64,000 nucleotides of DNA. Source: Heteronotia binoei. Lineage: Eukaryota. The notes beneath the pieces were generated by a model. The model made no database searches. It saw nothing but the letters and a program-made list of their open reading frames with translations, and was not told the origin of the DNA. Shown here one piece after another: positions 24,346 to 36,816 of the stretch (positions are counted from its first letter, which is position 1; each line of letters starts with the position of its first letter). The DNA lies in NCBI RefSeq assembly GCF_032191835.1, contig NC_083243.1:7564001-7628000 (forward strand), read 5' to 3'. The position numbers and the translations under genes were made by a program.

Positions 24346-27300
24346 TACCTTAAAAACAGTTGATCTGCAGATGGTGCTGAAATCACTGACCTGTGTTTCT
24401 GCAGTAAGCCTCCCTAAAACAGGTTGTCTGCTCCTTAAATGATCAGACCAGAAGCTTCATTTTTTGGCCAGTGTGTTAGCTGTGATTTATTTTATTAAGT
24501 AGTTGAGTAGATATACTCCCTGTCACTCCCACTTACCAGCATGGATGATGAATGAGGGGAAAATATCAGCAGTGAAACACTATAGGAATCCTAACTCCAG
24601 TCAACTTTATGGAAGTTCTCAAGATAGATAAACCATTGGACAAGTAGAATTTGTTAACTTATCATACATCTCTAGTTGTGTCTAGTAGGAAAATTAAAAC
24701 CATGCAGACCAGTTTTTAGTAATAAAACCCTCACACTAGTTACCTCTTAACCAGTAATGTAGGGCATAACATTTTCCCATGCTGTATTTGTCTGTGGAAA
24801 AACTTCTGCATGGCGTAGTTTTATCTACAGTTGTCAGAGCTCTTTGGTCTGGAAATCAATCATGTTAGAGGAGCTAAACGAGGGATCTGAAACATTGACA
24901 AAGCCCAGTGCTTGTCCGTGATCCAGGCTTGTCCATGGTTTATTTGCCTCTCTTCGCTAACATTTAAATTATTCATTTAAATGCAAATAGGAAATTTTTC
25001 TGGGAAATGTTCCAGTTCTGAATTTCCCAGAAAACCCACATCGCTGCTCTTAAGCAGTTTTTGAGCTTCACTTATATGGCAGTCAGTATATGAAACAAAC
25101 AAATGGTGTGGTCTCTTGCCCAGTATGGTTGCAGCTAAAGAATAGGTACAGTCATTTTTAAGTCAAATTCTGGAATGATTGCACCCTCCACTGCTGTAGT
25201 TTTATTTTCTAGTAAGAATTAAGATTGCCACTTGTGTACCTGCACTGAAAGTGTGGAATAAATTTCACACTCTGGAAAATTTTGCTCACTTCTGGCCTAG
25301 AACAAGGGCACTATTCACTGTCTGCTGCTGTATATTAGCTTGTCAAGTTAGAAATCTCTGGAGACATCCTTTTTATCAGGCTATGTGCAGAACAAGAAAT
25401 TACACTACTATTAACCCATTATTGTCAAGGGTACTTGACACTTTTCTGTCTGTGTCCACCTTCAGAAGGAAGGTAGGGAGCTCATTAGGAAAAGGCCGTC
25501 TGCCATGACACCTCCTCTTTTGTCATTCCTTCCCCATAGTGGCAGAAGATATAGGAGACGTGTGAGGTGATGGAGATTTGCAGGAGGCCTTGTAGAGGGA
25601 GTGAGGAGAAGAGGAGTGACTTGGATAGAGAAAGGGAAGCTGCTTTCAAAGACTTGGGGAGCACCATGATGGAGAATGGGAAAAGAAAATACTTCCACTC
25701 AGTAGAGTTAGAGGAGAAACTACTAGTTCTTTTGCTGACTGCTCCTTCTTTCTCCTTGATCCTGTAGGTTAGCTTTTAGCAGCATACTTGCATGATGTTG
25801 GAAGGAGAACCCAATGGTAACTGTGCACTGTGTGTTGCAGTTCTTGACTGGTACAGCAAAGGGTTTTAGGTGCTGGGCGTATTCAAGCAAAGACAGATTT
25901 CCTTCAGAAGCTCATCTTGGATTGAAAAGCTCTTGCAGCCTAGCAAAAGGCCAAGAAACAAACGGCATCATTCATAAGGGGAGCACAATACTGTGAGTGA
26001 ATTAAACTCCACAAAACTCCCACATGCTTTCAGCAGAGCTACGCTTTTTCCTGCGGTTTCGAAGGCTGCCGTTGTGTGTGAATTAATGTCTGCAGTTTAA
26101 TTCGCAGCCTTTCTAAAAATCTTAGCAGTGGTAATCCTAAATACCAAGTAAAATGCGATAAAGAATCAGATTTCATATATCTCTACCGTGAACTCATGGA
26201 GGGGTAACAGATTATGGGGGGATATTAAAATAAAGCGTACCTTTCCTCCCTATGGTTCTTGTAGAAAATTGGATTCTAAATACTGTCATTTTTTATTTTT
26301 ATGCAGCAGAAGCTGATTTTCAAAGTTCAGTTTAAAGACCTTGTCTGTAGCAGTTTTTAACACAAATGGGTGTAGTTGCTAGTAAACTATTCCAGCAAAT
26401 GAAAGATCCAAAATGGCTGGTCCAAAGAATTTGACAGTTGATTAAGAGCACATTTTTCTTAGAGGCCCAACAGATCAGATTTTTACTGCTGTATACTATT
26501 ATAAAATACATCCAACTGAATGCTCATACACTTGGGTGCTATGTTCCAACTCCTGCAATAATTACAAACTGAGACAGGCGCTGCCATCTGGTAGTCTTTA
26601 AAATCCTGGAATTTCTTTGCTTTAGCTACAGAAACTAAACTCTACCCTTGCCAAGACTCTGCCTTTATTCAAAACATGTTTTAAGAACCTTTCTGAAAAG
26701 TGTATTAATCACATAAAAGGAGGAGGGAAGGGCAGACTCCTTCACTTCCCAATAAATGGAGTGAGTGATTTAAAAATCCTTCGGTAAAGCATGCAAAATG
26801 GAATGATTTCATTCTCTCTAGATATCCCGTTCTCTTGGGATCATCCAGGCTACTTTGAAAACTGACATAATCGGGGAATCCAGAGTTCGATCTAAGACCC
26901 TCCATAAGTTAGGAACTAACTTATTGATCTGGGGACTGACTCCAGAGCCAGAATAGGGATATAGTTGCCAACCAGACTGGAGAGGAATGTCCTGTCCCTT
27001 TAATCGCAGCTTAATGTGTGGAAATGGGCAGGTGAATGGTTTCATGACATGACGGTAAGTATAAATATCATCTGGTAATCCTATTAAGCCTTTGTTAAAG
27101 AGACAAGAGTTTTTTTTAAAAAGCAGACGGCAGCCTTAGGGAGTTTGAGTCCTCAGGCCAGAAATAAATACTCAGACTTGGATCCTGTGCACAAATTCCA
27201 TGCATACTAGATGCACTCTTCCACCCTGTTTGTTCAAGGGGCCATTTGTGCATTCCACAGCAAAGCATGCATGCCACTTATTCCAGGGTTCCAAGTTATA

Positions 27301-28189
27301 GAAACCCGCCTTGTGCTCTTGCTTTGTTGGCCAAGTGAAACTGCCTCCCTGCTCCTCTACAGCTGCAGCAACCGATAGGAGGGACTTGGGACTGGAGAAG
27401 ATGCACTCTGTGGCACAGTTGAGACTTAACTGGTTTTCTGCAACACAAACAAGTCTTGGGGTCCCTCAGGCTTTGCATCCGGCTTTCTTACCTTGCCGAC
27501 AGCCTCCTAACTAGAGATTTCCATTTTTGTCGCTAACCATAGTTTATCCCTGCGTCTGACCTGGCAAACTGTAGTTTATACTTGCAGTGCAAACCACGGT
27601 AAAGCCACCATTTTGAAAGCAAATTTGCCAAGAAACCGGCAAGGCTGCTTCCAAATGGCTGTGATTCTTCATGTAGCTCTCATTACTGAAAATGCAGAAG
27701 CTTTTGGAATGGTATGCACTTTCCTTGCCTCAGCCCCTTGAAGCCGCAGTTTCCTCCCTCGCCACCAATCTTTAAGAAAAAAACAACAGTCCAGTATGCT
27801 GATAACATACATCCATATCAGGAGTCCAAATATGTATTCAGTCAGATAAAGAGGTTGGCTGATTTCCAGACTGGTGTCATTTCAGAAATCTGACCTGGCT
27901 TGTAGCCCAGTCCTCGGAAGCCTCATTCTGTCACCTTAATCATAATTAAATACTTTCTTGCCCTGGAAGCAAATAGCTGCTTCCCTCTAGTAAGAGCTCT
28001 GGACTGTTAATAAGCTATAAATAAAAAAAAAATATGCCACATAAATGCAAGAGGCTGAAAGTCAAACCAATGACAGCATATGTAGCAGGCTGTCTTCACA
28101 AAAGACAGAAGGCGTTTGCAATGTGTGGGTGCAAAATCCAACTCCAAAAACAAAGTACAGTCCACTTAATACCTTTTATTAGGACCAAC

Positions 28190-28371
28190 CAGGACTTTTT
28201 TTGTAGCGGGAACTCCTTCGCATATTAGGCCACACACCCCTGATGTAGCCAGTCCTCCTGGAGCTTACAGTAGGTCCTGTACTAAGTGCCCTGTAAGCTC
28301 TTGGAGGATTGGCTACATTAGGGCTGTGTGGCCTAATATGCAAAGGAGTTCCTGCTACAAAAAAAGCCCTG
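28190..28371. mobile_element. Palindromic hAT-type MITE, CAGGGCTTTT family, inserted in a Penelope-type tail
   Basis: Long internal palindrome; perfect 8-bp TSD GGACCAAC. Confidence 0.88.
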
Positions 28372-28621
28372 GGACCAACCAAAATAACACAAATCGGTGT
28401 GCAAATTTCTGAGTTGTGAGAACTCTTTATGAGGCAGGATGTTACAAAATTAAAAAGAACTGGGGGGGGGAGATTCAGGCAATGGCTTTTAAAGCCTCTT
28501 CTTGCCAGCTTTCCTTTGCTTAATGCTGTCAGGTGTATAAATATGGGGGGGGGGGAAGATGTATTTAGGTGCTGCTGCTGATGATTTAGGGCAAAAAAGG
28601 ACAACTCATGGGAATAGGGTT

Positions 28622-28912
28622 TTGTTGTTGTTCAGTTGCACTGTCGAGCCCGACTCTTTGTGAACCCATGGACAAAGTCACACCAGGCCCTCCTGTCTTC
28701 CACCATCCTCCGAAGTCTGCTCAAATTCGTGTTAGTTCCATCTGTAACACTGTCCAGCCATCTCATCTTTTGCCGTCCCCTTCTTTTGCCTTCTGTCTTT
28801 CCCAGCATCAGGGTCTTCTCCAGTGAGTGCTCCCTTCTCATTGGGTGGCCAAAGTATTTGAGCTTCAGCATCTGACCTTCCAGGGAGCAGTGTGAGTTGA
28901 TTTCCCTTAGGA
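28622..28912 (-). mobile_element. Bov-B (RTE) LINE 3' fragment
   Basis: LKLKYFGHPMRREHSLEKTLMLGKTEGKRRGRQKMRWLD, (caa)n tail. Confidence 0.88.
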
Positions 28913-29542
28913 ACAGGGTAGATGGTCATAAAACTCTGGATAGGATGGAGAGAGCTTTTTGTCTCTCCCACAGAAGCTGACTGGTTTGGGAAAAGGACAT
29001 TGACCCACTGAGGGGAGGGATCAGCAGCCTTCCTGCCCTGCCCCAGCTGACCCTCACTCCCTCAAAGAGGGAGAGGGGGCTTTCCTGCCAAGGCTCCCTC
29101 CTCTTTCCAAGCCCCCCCTTCCACATAGCCTGGGATGAGCCATGTGCTGCCTTTTCCTGGCTACCTCCCCCAATTTGGGTGGGCCTCATATGTGCACAGT
29201 GGGGCCTCAGGAGGGCCTTGGACAAGCCAAGTGCCGCTTTTTGCTGGACATGCAGATCTGTGTGGGCTGGGTGTCACCTTACATGGATAAGCACACTTTG
29301 GCTGGCCCGGTAGTGGCTGACCAGACGTTCCTGTGGCCATAACGGTAAATCCACACTTGCTTTCCCATAATACCACAACATGGCACCTAAAGAAGTTGAG
29401 GGCCAATTGATTGAGGACAGACAAAAGGGAATTAGATTTATAGAGGATAAATAGGATAGGTCCATTAATGGCTACTGACAATTGTTATGAAAGTTAGAGG
29501 CAGCAAACATTTGAATATCAGTGTTAGGAGCAACATCAAAAA

Positions 29543-29820
29543 AGAAGGAGAAAATATTGGATTTATATCCCGCCCTCCACTCCAAAGAGCCTCATAGCGG
29601 CTCACAATCTCCTTTCCCTTCCTCCCCTACAACAGACACCCTGTGAGGTGGGTGGGGCTGAGAGGGCTCTCCCAGCAGCTGCCCTTTCAAGGACAACCTC
29701 TGCCAGAGCTATGGCTGACCCAAGGCCATTCCAGCAGCTGCAAGTGGAGGAATGGGGAATCAAACCCGGTTCTCCCAAATAAGAGTCCGCACACTTAACC
29801 ACTACACCAAACTGGCTCTC
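29543..29820 (-). mobile_element. Squam3-like SINE
   Basis: Full-length reverse-complement copy ending ccaaactggctctc. Confidence 0.82.
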
Positions 29821-31112
29821 CAAGGCCTTGGCTTCTGCTCCCTCTTTGTTGACCCTTCTTTGAGGACAACTGGTAGGCCACCATGTGAAATGATATGGTG
29901 GACTAGGTGGGCCGCTGTTCTGATCCAACAGGCTATCTCTTAATATTCTTAATTTCTTCTTTATGAAAATCACCCATTTATTCCTACTCTCTGCTTCGTG
30001 TCATTTACGGTAACCAATTTTTGGTCCATAAGAAAGCCCATCCTCTTACTTCATGATTGCTAAGTTTACACAGTCTTTAGTGAGGAACTTTTAAGAAGCC
30101 CCATAGAAATTGAAGTGCATCACATCTAACTTGTTAACCTGCTCAAAAAACTCTGTTTGCTAAATAAGTACAATAATCCTGCTAATCTGCTTGGAACAGA
30201 TATTGGGCTAACTGCCCCATAATTTCTTGGATCCCCTCTAGACCCTTTATTAAAAATTGTTATGACATTTGTTATTTTCCAGTCCTCCAACCAATGGCTG
30301 GTTTTGTAACAAATTACAAATGCTGGCTAGTAGATCACCAATTTCACATTTTCTTAACAACCTTTGATTTTCTACATTGAAAACCAACATGAAGAATTCA
30401 TTTAGTTTTCTGCCATCTCTCCATCTTCCTTAAACAATTCTTTTTATTCCTTTATCAACCATCGACCCAACCACCACCCCCTTAGCTGGTGTCCTGCTCC
30501 TGATATATTTGGGGGGGGGGGGGAATGTCTAAATGTTTTTAGTGGTATGCTTTTCAGATATTCTTTTTGTCTAATTGTCCATTTGTATTTGTTTTTTTCT
30601 ATGCAACTGAGAAAACTTTCAGCTGTTTAAAGGAAAGCCTTTTTAGCTTTTAGTGAGGCTTCCTTGACTGATTAACTGTACAGACATACTTTTAGGATTG
30701 GTGGTACCTTTCCTAACGAGGTATGAAATCTATCTTGGCCTCTAGCAGTATAAAAGAGCAAGAGTCCAATAATACCTGGTCCAAGACTAATGCAGCTAAC
30801 CCTCCTTGATCTGTCTGGGCCTCTATTAGCCTCTAGTAGCCTACGCCTGACTGGATAAATGTAGCTTATTAAACTCGTGTGAATTTATACTGTACAGTTT
30901 TAATGTTAAGAATTTAAGGTTTTAGGTTTTTAAATGCTTCGACTTTTTAAATGTAATAACTTTGTACTTTGTTTTATTGTTTTATCGTTTGTTGTAAGCT
31001 GCCTTGAGCCATTTTATGGGAAGGGCGGGGTATAAGTTATAAAATAAATAAATAAATAAATATTATTAGGTTTTTAAAACCTTCATTAAAGTATTTTCCA
31101 TTATAATAAATG

Positions 31113-32539
31113 TTTTTTTTTCTCGTATAAACAAATTTATTAGTAACATATGGTAGCAGAATTATATCTACAACTTATAAAGAGCTTAAAATAAAAAAAA
31201 ATCGTTCTACCCCATATCTTACTTTCCTCCCACCCCTCCCTCCGTTACTTGACCCCCGCCAGTGTTATTTTTTTTAAAAAAACAAATATTAAAGGTACCT
31301 TTAAACTATAAAAATCTTAATCATCAAAAATTGTCCAATGTCCTTTTATTTTCCACTCTTTCTCTACGTATCTTCTGAATTTCTTCCACTCCTCATTAAA
31401 AAGTTCTAAATCATAGTCTCTTAGTTTTCTTGTTAATTTGTCCATTTCACTCCATGACATAACTTTTGTAATCCAGTCCCATTTTTCTGGTATTTTTTCT
31501 TGCTTCCATAACTGCGCATACAATGTCCTAGCAGCTGAGAGCAATTACCATATTAAAGTTCTATCTTCTTTTGGAAATTTTTCCATTTGTAATCCCAGCA
31601 GAAAAGTCTCTGCCTCTTTGTTGAATTCATATCCCAGAATCTTAGAGATCTCTTGCTGAATCATCTGCCAAAACATTTTAGCCCTCTCACAAGTCCACCA
31701 CATATGGTAGAAAGAACCTTCATGCTTTTTACATTTCCAACACCTATCTGGCATCTTGTTATTCATCTTTGCTATTTTTTTTTGGAGTCATATACCATCT
31801 ATACATCATCTTAAAACAGTTTTCTTTAATACTATGACATGTTGCGAGTTTCATAGAGTTCTTCCACAGATACTCCCAAGATTCCATCTTTATTTCTTTA
31901 TTTACATTAATTGCCCATTTTATCATTTGAGATTTCACTACTTCATCTTCTGTAGACCATTGTAAAAGTAATTTGTATACTTTTGAGATTAATTTCTCAT
32001 TGTCTCCAAGCAGAACTCTTTCCATTTCTGTTTGTTCTTTCCTTATTCCTTCGGCTTTAATATCATTCTCCATCAAGCTTTTTATTTGTTGCATTTGAAA
32101 CCAATCATATTTATAACTCAGTTCTTCTGCAGTTTTCAGTTCTATTTTCCCACTTTGTATTTTTAGTAACTGGTTATATGATAGCTGTTTTTCATTAACT
32201 GTTTTAGCTGTTAACTTTATCACTTCAGCTGGCACTATCCACAAAGGTCTCCTCTCATCACCATATTTCTTATACTTTATCCACACATTTAATAGATTAC
32301 TTCTTATATAATGGTGAGAGAAAAGACCATCCATCTTCTTTTTTCCGTAATACAAATATGCATGCCAGCCGAATTTTTTTCCATGGCCTTCCAACACTAA
32401 AAGTTTTTTATTTAACAGCGTTATCCATTCTTTCATCCATACTAAACAAATTGCTTCATGATACAGTTTCAAATCTGGTAATTGGAATCCACCTCTCTCT
32501 CTTGCATCTGTCAAGACTTTCATTTTAATTCTTGGTTTC
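31113..32539 (-). mobile_element. 5'-truncated L1-clade LINE with target-site duplication
   Basis: Minus-strand ORF2 C-terminal pieces (ERGGFQLPDLKLYHEA; zinc knuckle CWKCKKHEGSFYHMWWTC); poly(A) seen as a T-run at 31113-31121; TTCCATTATAATAAATGTT at 31096-31114 and 32540-32558. Confidence 0.9.
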
Positions 32540-34162
32540 TTCCATTATAATAAATGTTGAAAGGATAAAGTGCTGGAATCCGATGCCACTTTTGTGTGTC
32601 CTTATATGCATGACATGGAGGTCAGTTTTTTAAATATATTAAGCATTCTTCCAGCATTTGGTTCTTTAAGACATGGTTGCTTATTGCGGGAGAACCCTCT
32701 TTTTCCTCTCAAGGAAAAAGAATTATATACCAGACTTTCTGGGTAGGGAGACTGAGCAGCTGCCCTTGGCATGTGGTCAGCCCATACTCCAATAAGAGCT
32801 CTTAATCCTTTTAGACGGATGTGGCAGGTCAAATTCTCATGACTGAACAGGTCAGCTTCCACGATGTCTTTTGGAAGCATGTACTGGACGCACCGTTGTG
32901 CTCAAGTTTGCTGCCACTTGTTTTGATCAGCTGTATGGATGCCAGGCTTCAGAAGGTCAAGCAAATAAAACAGTTGCGATCTGTCACTCATGCAAGATGT
33001 GGTTTATAATATATGGGATGCCGCTGCTGTTTGTTTTTCTCATCTCTGTTGCTAGTTAGAAGGTTGCCGAGGGGTAGAACAAACTAAAGAAATACCAGGA
33101 GGATTATTTGGAGAATTGCATTATGACAGTTGTTGGCAAGTAGTTGCTCGGGACCCCCAAAGGGGTTGCAATCCTTTCACAGGTAGGTTGCCAGGGCCAG
33201 GAGGAAGGAGAAATTGAGTAATATCCCACCCACAGCTCTTCAGTGATCAGAAATGTTTGAGATAGCCTAAGAACGTTATCAGAGATTTTACTTCATTGGT
33301 TTAGAAACAAGATATAATCTGAACGGAATAGCAAGATCCTCAGAATGGATATAGTGTTGGTAGGAACTTTAAATTTACAATTAATGGATTCTTTCCAGAC
33401 CAAAAAAAACACTGGAGCTCCAAAAAGGCCAGAAGATTTCTCCTGAAACCAGCCACTGTTCTCTAGCTTGGCATTGTAGCTGTAATAAGTACATTAGAAT
33501 TTTGCACTTCAGCGGTTCCTCTCAGTGCGGTGACTGGTCTTATGCCTACAGGAACACTTATATAAGCCAATTTGCAGAACATAAGAGGCTGGGATTTTTC
33601 TGATTTTGCCCTATTGAGTGAACCCTGGCATTGCTCGCTTCTTCATTTGCCTGTCCATTTGTATTCCAGCTACTCTCAAAGCAGCTCAGAACAACATACA
33701 TGGTTCTTTCCTCCTGTTTTTTTGTCCTAGTGACCCTTTGAGGTAGGCTAGGCTGAAAGAGAGAGAAACTGATCGGAGATCACCCATGAGCTTCAGGAAT
33801 GAGTGGGGATTGAAATGCTGGTCTTTAGGTCTTAGTCCAACTGTCTGCTATAACACACTGTCTCTTTATCTGTTGCAAGACAGCTGGTACAGAAGCACCC
33901 CTCTCAGGCTTGTCTTCAAAACATTGGTTATTCACAGGTGGTTTTTTTGCTGTGAGATATAGTTATCACTGAAAGTCAACCAGTATTAATTCCTTCTGTA
34001 GCCAACAGAATTCCATAACCAGGCATTTTGACAGCAGAAAAATCTGGTAGGATACAACCCATAATGTTACAGAACTTCAGTATCAATTAAATAGCTGATG
34101 GCATGGAAAAATATGGTAAAATGGTGATGGACCAGATAATGCAGGTGGCTTCTTCCAAACCT

Positions 34163-34380
34163 GGGGAGGGACAGTGGCTCAGTGGTAAAGCATCTGCTTG
34201 GGAAGCAGAAGGTCCCAGGTTCAATCCCTGGCATCTCCAAAAAAGGGTCCAGGAAAATAGGTGTGGAAAACCTCAGCTTGAGACCCTGGAGAGCCGCTGC
34301 CAGTCTGAGAAGACAATACTGACTTTGATGGACCAAGGGTCTGATTCAGTATAAGGCAGCTTCATATGTTCATATGTTCA
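34163..34380 (+). mobile_element. tRNA-headed CR1-tailed SINE, well-preserved copy
   Basis: Closely similar to 1121-1342. Confidence 0.8.
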
Positions 34381-36681
34381 TTGTCTTGGCTTGTTAGTCA
34401 AAATATGAGCAATTGGGTGACATGGATTGCAATAGTTTTGAGTTTGTGGTTGTCTCTTAGGTTGCAACTCCTGTGGGTGTAATTCCTAAAGTACAATTGC
34501 TTGCTTCGTAATGGAGGGAAGTAATGTTTCTTGGAAGGTTATGTGGTAACCAAAATGCTATTGGTAGCCTTTGTTTCCCCAACAAAATAATATAAAGAGG
34601 GGGCTCATAAAATACTTCACAAGATTTGTTCTCTCTCTGGGGAGAAGGGCAGCTTGGAATGGGTGCTCAGGGAGGCGGGACTAAACTCTTCAACTTCCTG
34701 TCTGTTTGCTTCCTGAAAACTCTCTTCTCTTGCTTTTCTCCTGGCATGATTTCATAGCTGAGGGTGAGTTTCCTAACCTCTCCAGTCTGTCCCTTTTTCA
34801 TTTCACTCCTCCTTTCACCTTTTCTATTTATGTAATATTGCATCTGGTGCAAACCCCATTTTGACAATTCCAGGCTACTCAGTAATTCAGTGGCACTGGC
34901 TGTGTTAGGCACTATAAAAGCAATTCTGCCCCTCTGTTGTGGTTAATTTGCAAGAGACACACACCAGTATTGTGGAGTGGTTGGATGGTGCTTGGCATAA
35001 TAAAAGTGGGATAGGAGATTAACTGGTAGCCCAAAAGATCCAGATGTGGATTAGAAAGCCGTTCTGCATAAAAAAATGGATTTTGCCGAAGAACATGCAA
35101 CAGGAGATAAATGTCCTGAAAGATAATGGAAGGGAAACCATTCATTATGAGTGAATTGTGTTTCTGGCAAGTATCAGATGCTTTAAAAAATTAAGAATAA
35201 GCAGAAAGTGAAGCTGTTTCTCCTCCCAATGGAGGTCCTGGATTTCTGCTCCATTTCAAACCTAGCAAAACCAACAGTCTGGTAGATCCATAAAGCCCTC
35301 TATCCAACCCAGCAGGCTTGGGTTTCCAGTAAATATGTTGGTCTGTAGGGTGCCACAAGTCTGTTTTCTGCAACTCTACAACTCTCCGAATTGGGGGGAT
35401 AAGTATTAAAATGGCAAATGAGATTCAATGTGAGCAAGTGTAACATGATCCATATTGGGGCAAAAAAACCCTACTTCAAAAATACATGATGAGATCCAAG
35501 TAGGCAGCAACAGACCAAGAGAGAAATCTTGAGTAGTAACTCAATGAAAATGTTGGCCCAGTTTGTGGCTGTTGTGAAAAAACCAACTTCCACGCTGGGC
35601 ATAGTTAATCACCATTTTATTCTTTATTCCTGTTCTATCTGATTGTTCTTTATACAAACCTATGGGGAGACCACACTTGGGCACAAACCAAACAACAAAT
35701 CGCGATTGGTTTGATTCGTTTTTGCAGTTCATTTTCCCAGAATGCCTGGTGCTGATTCAGTCAATTCCTAGGCAATGCTGGGGGTGGGCTTCGGGGAGCC
35801 CTAGGAACACTCATAGCAATTGCCCGTAGCTTGATGGGCAGCTCTGGGAGCCAATCACGAAGAGAGAAGAAGCTGAGCTTTCCTGGGGGCACCTGCTTTG
35901 GGGAGCTTTAACTTGGACATTCCATATCCAATCTTTGTTAGACTTGGAGGGTGGGTGAAGAAGAGCCTGCTGGTGAGTTTTACAACTCCTGAACCCAAAT
36001 AAACCACAAACCAGGTCAGAAGTCAGACAGATCATGAAATGAAACAAACCACCATTTCCCCCCAGTTCATGCCCATTCCTAGTGGCTACTAGTCACAGTG
36101 GATCTTTTTCCAGTACCAGAGGGCAGCATGCCTCCTTAAATCAGTTGTTGGAGAGCATGGATGGGAGGATGCTGTGGCAGTTATCCTGCTCGTGGGCTTC
36201 CTAGAGACTAGCTTGTTAGCCGCTGTGTGAAGAACATGATGTACTTGATGGGCCATCGGTCTGATTCAGCAAGGCTCTTCTTGTGTTCTTGCCTGAGTGA
36301 TACTGCTGTTCTCTGGGGTTTAAAGTTTAAGTGGCGGTTCAACATCGCAACATTTGTTTGATCTCCAGATGTCACATCTATGATGATTTAGAAACAAGCG
36401 TCTCTGCATTGATGCATCTAAAAGGAATTCCTTGTGTATCTTTCTGGTTCTTTCCTTGTGGAATGTACACATGGTTTAAAGATGTTTCTTGGTTACTTTT
36501 CATGACGCATACTACAAGCACCCTATAGTATATTGTGTGTTCATGTGTGTGCGTGTGCATATGTATGTACAGGTATTGTTGCTTTGGTCGGGGGCAAAGT
36601 GGCTCAGCAGCTACAATCTGTTCATGCTGAGAGAATGGAAAACTATTATTTTAATGGGATGCCCTCGTTTTTCTTCCCTAG

Positions 36682-36816
36682 ACATCAGACATCCAGAAGA
36701 GCTGTCTCTCTTAAGGAAGCCCAGAGATCCCACCAAGAAGAAAAAGAAAAAACTGGATGACCAGTATGAAGATGAGACTCTTGAGCTTGAAGGACCATTA
36801 ATTACCCCTGGATCAG
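36682..36816 (+). CDS. FERMT2: Kindlin-2 coding exon (equivalent to exon 4; lysine-rich F1 loop), 135 bp, phase 1-1
   Basis: (N)IRHPEELSLLRKPRDPTKKKKKKLDDQYEDETLELEGPLITPGS(G); pyrimidine tract and ag at 36680-36681, donor gtagga at 36817; in phase with the previous exon. Confidence 0.97.

Noticed and set aside
25440-25800. Purine-rich stretch as a possible L2 endonuclease remnant on the minus strand
   Set aside because: Only a vague RGG similarity; not enough to support a call
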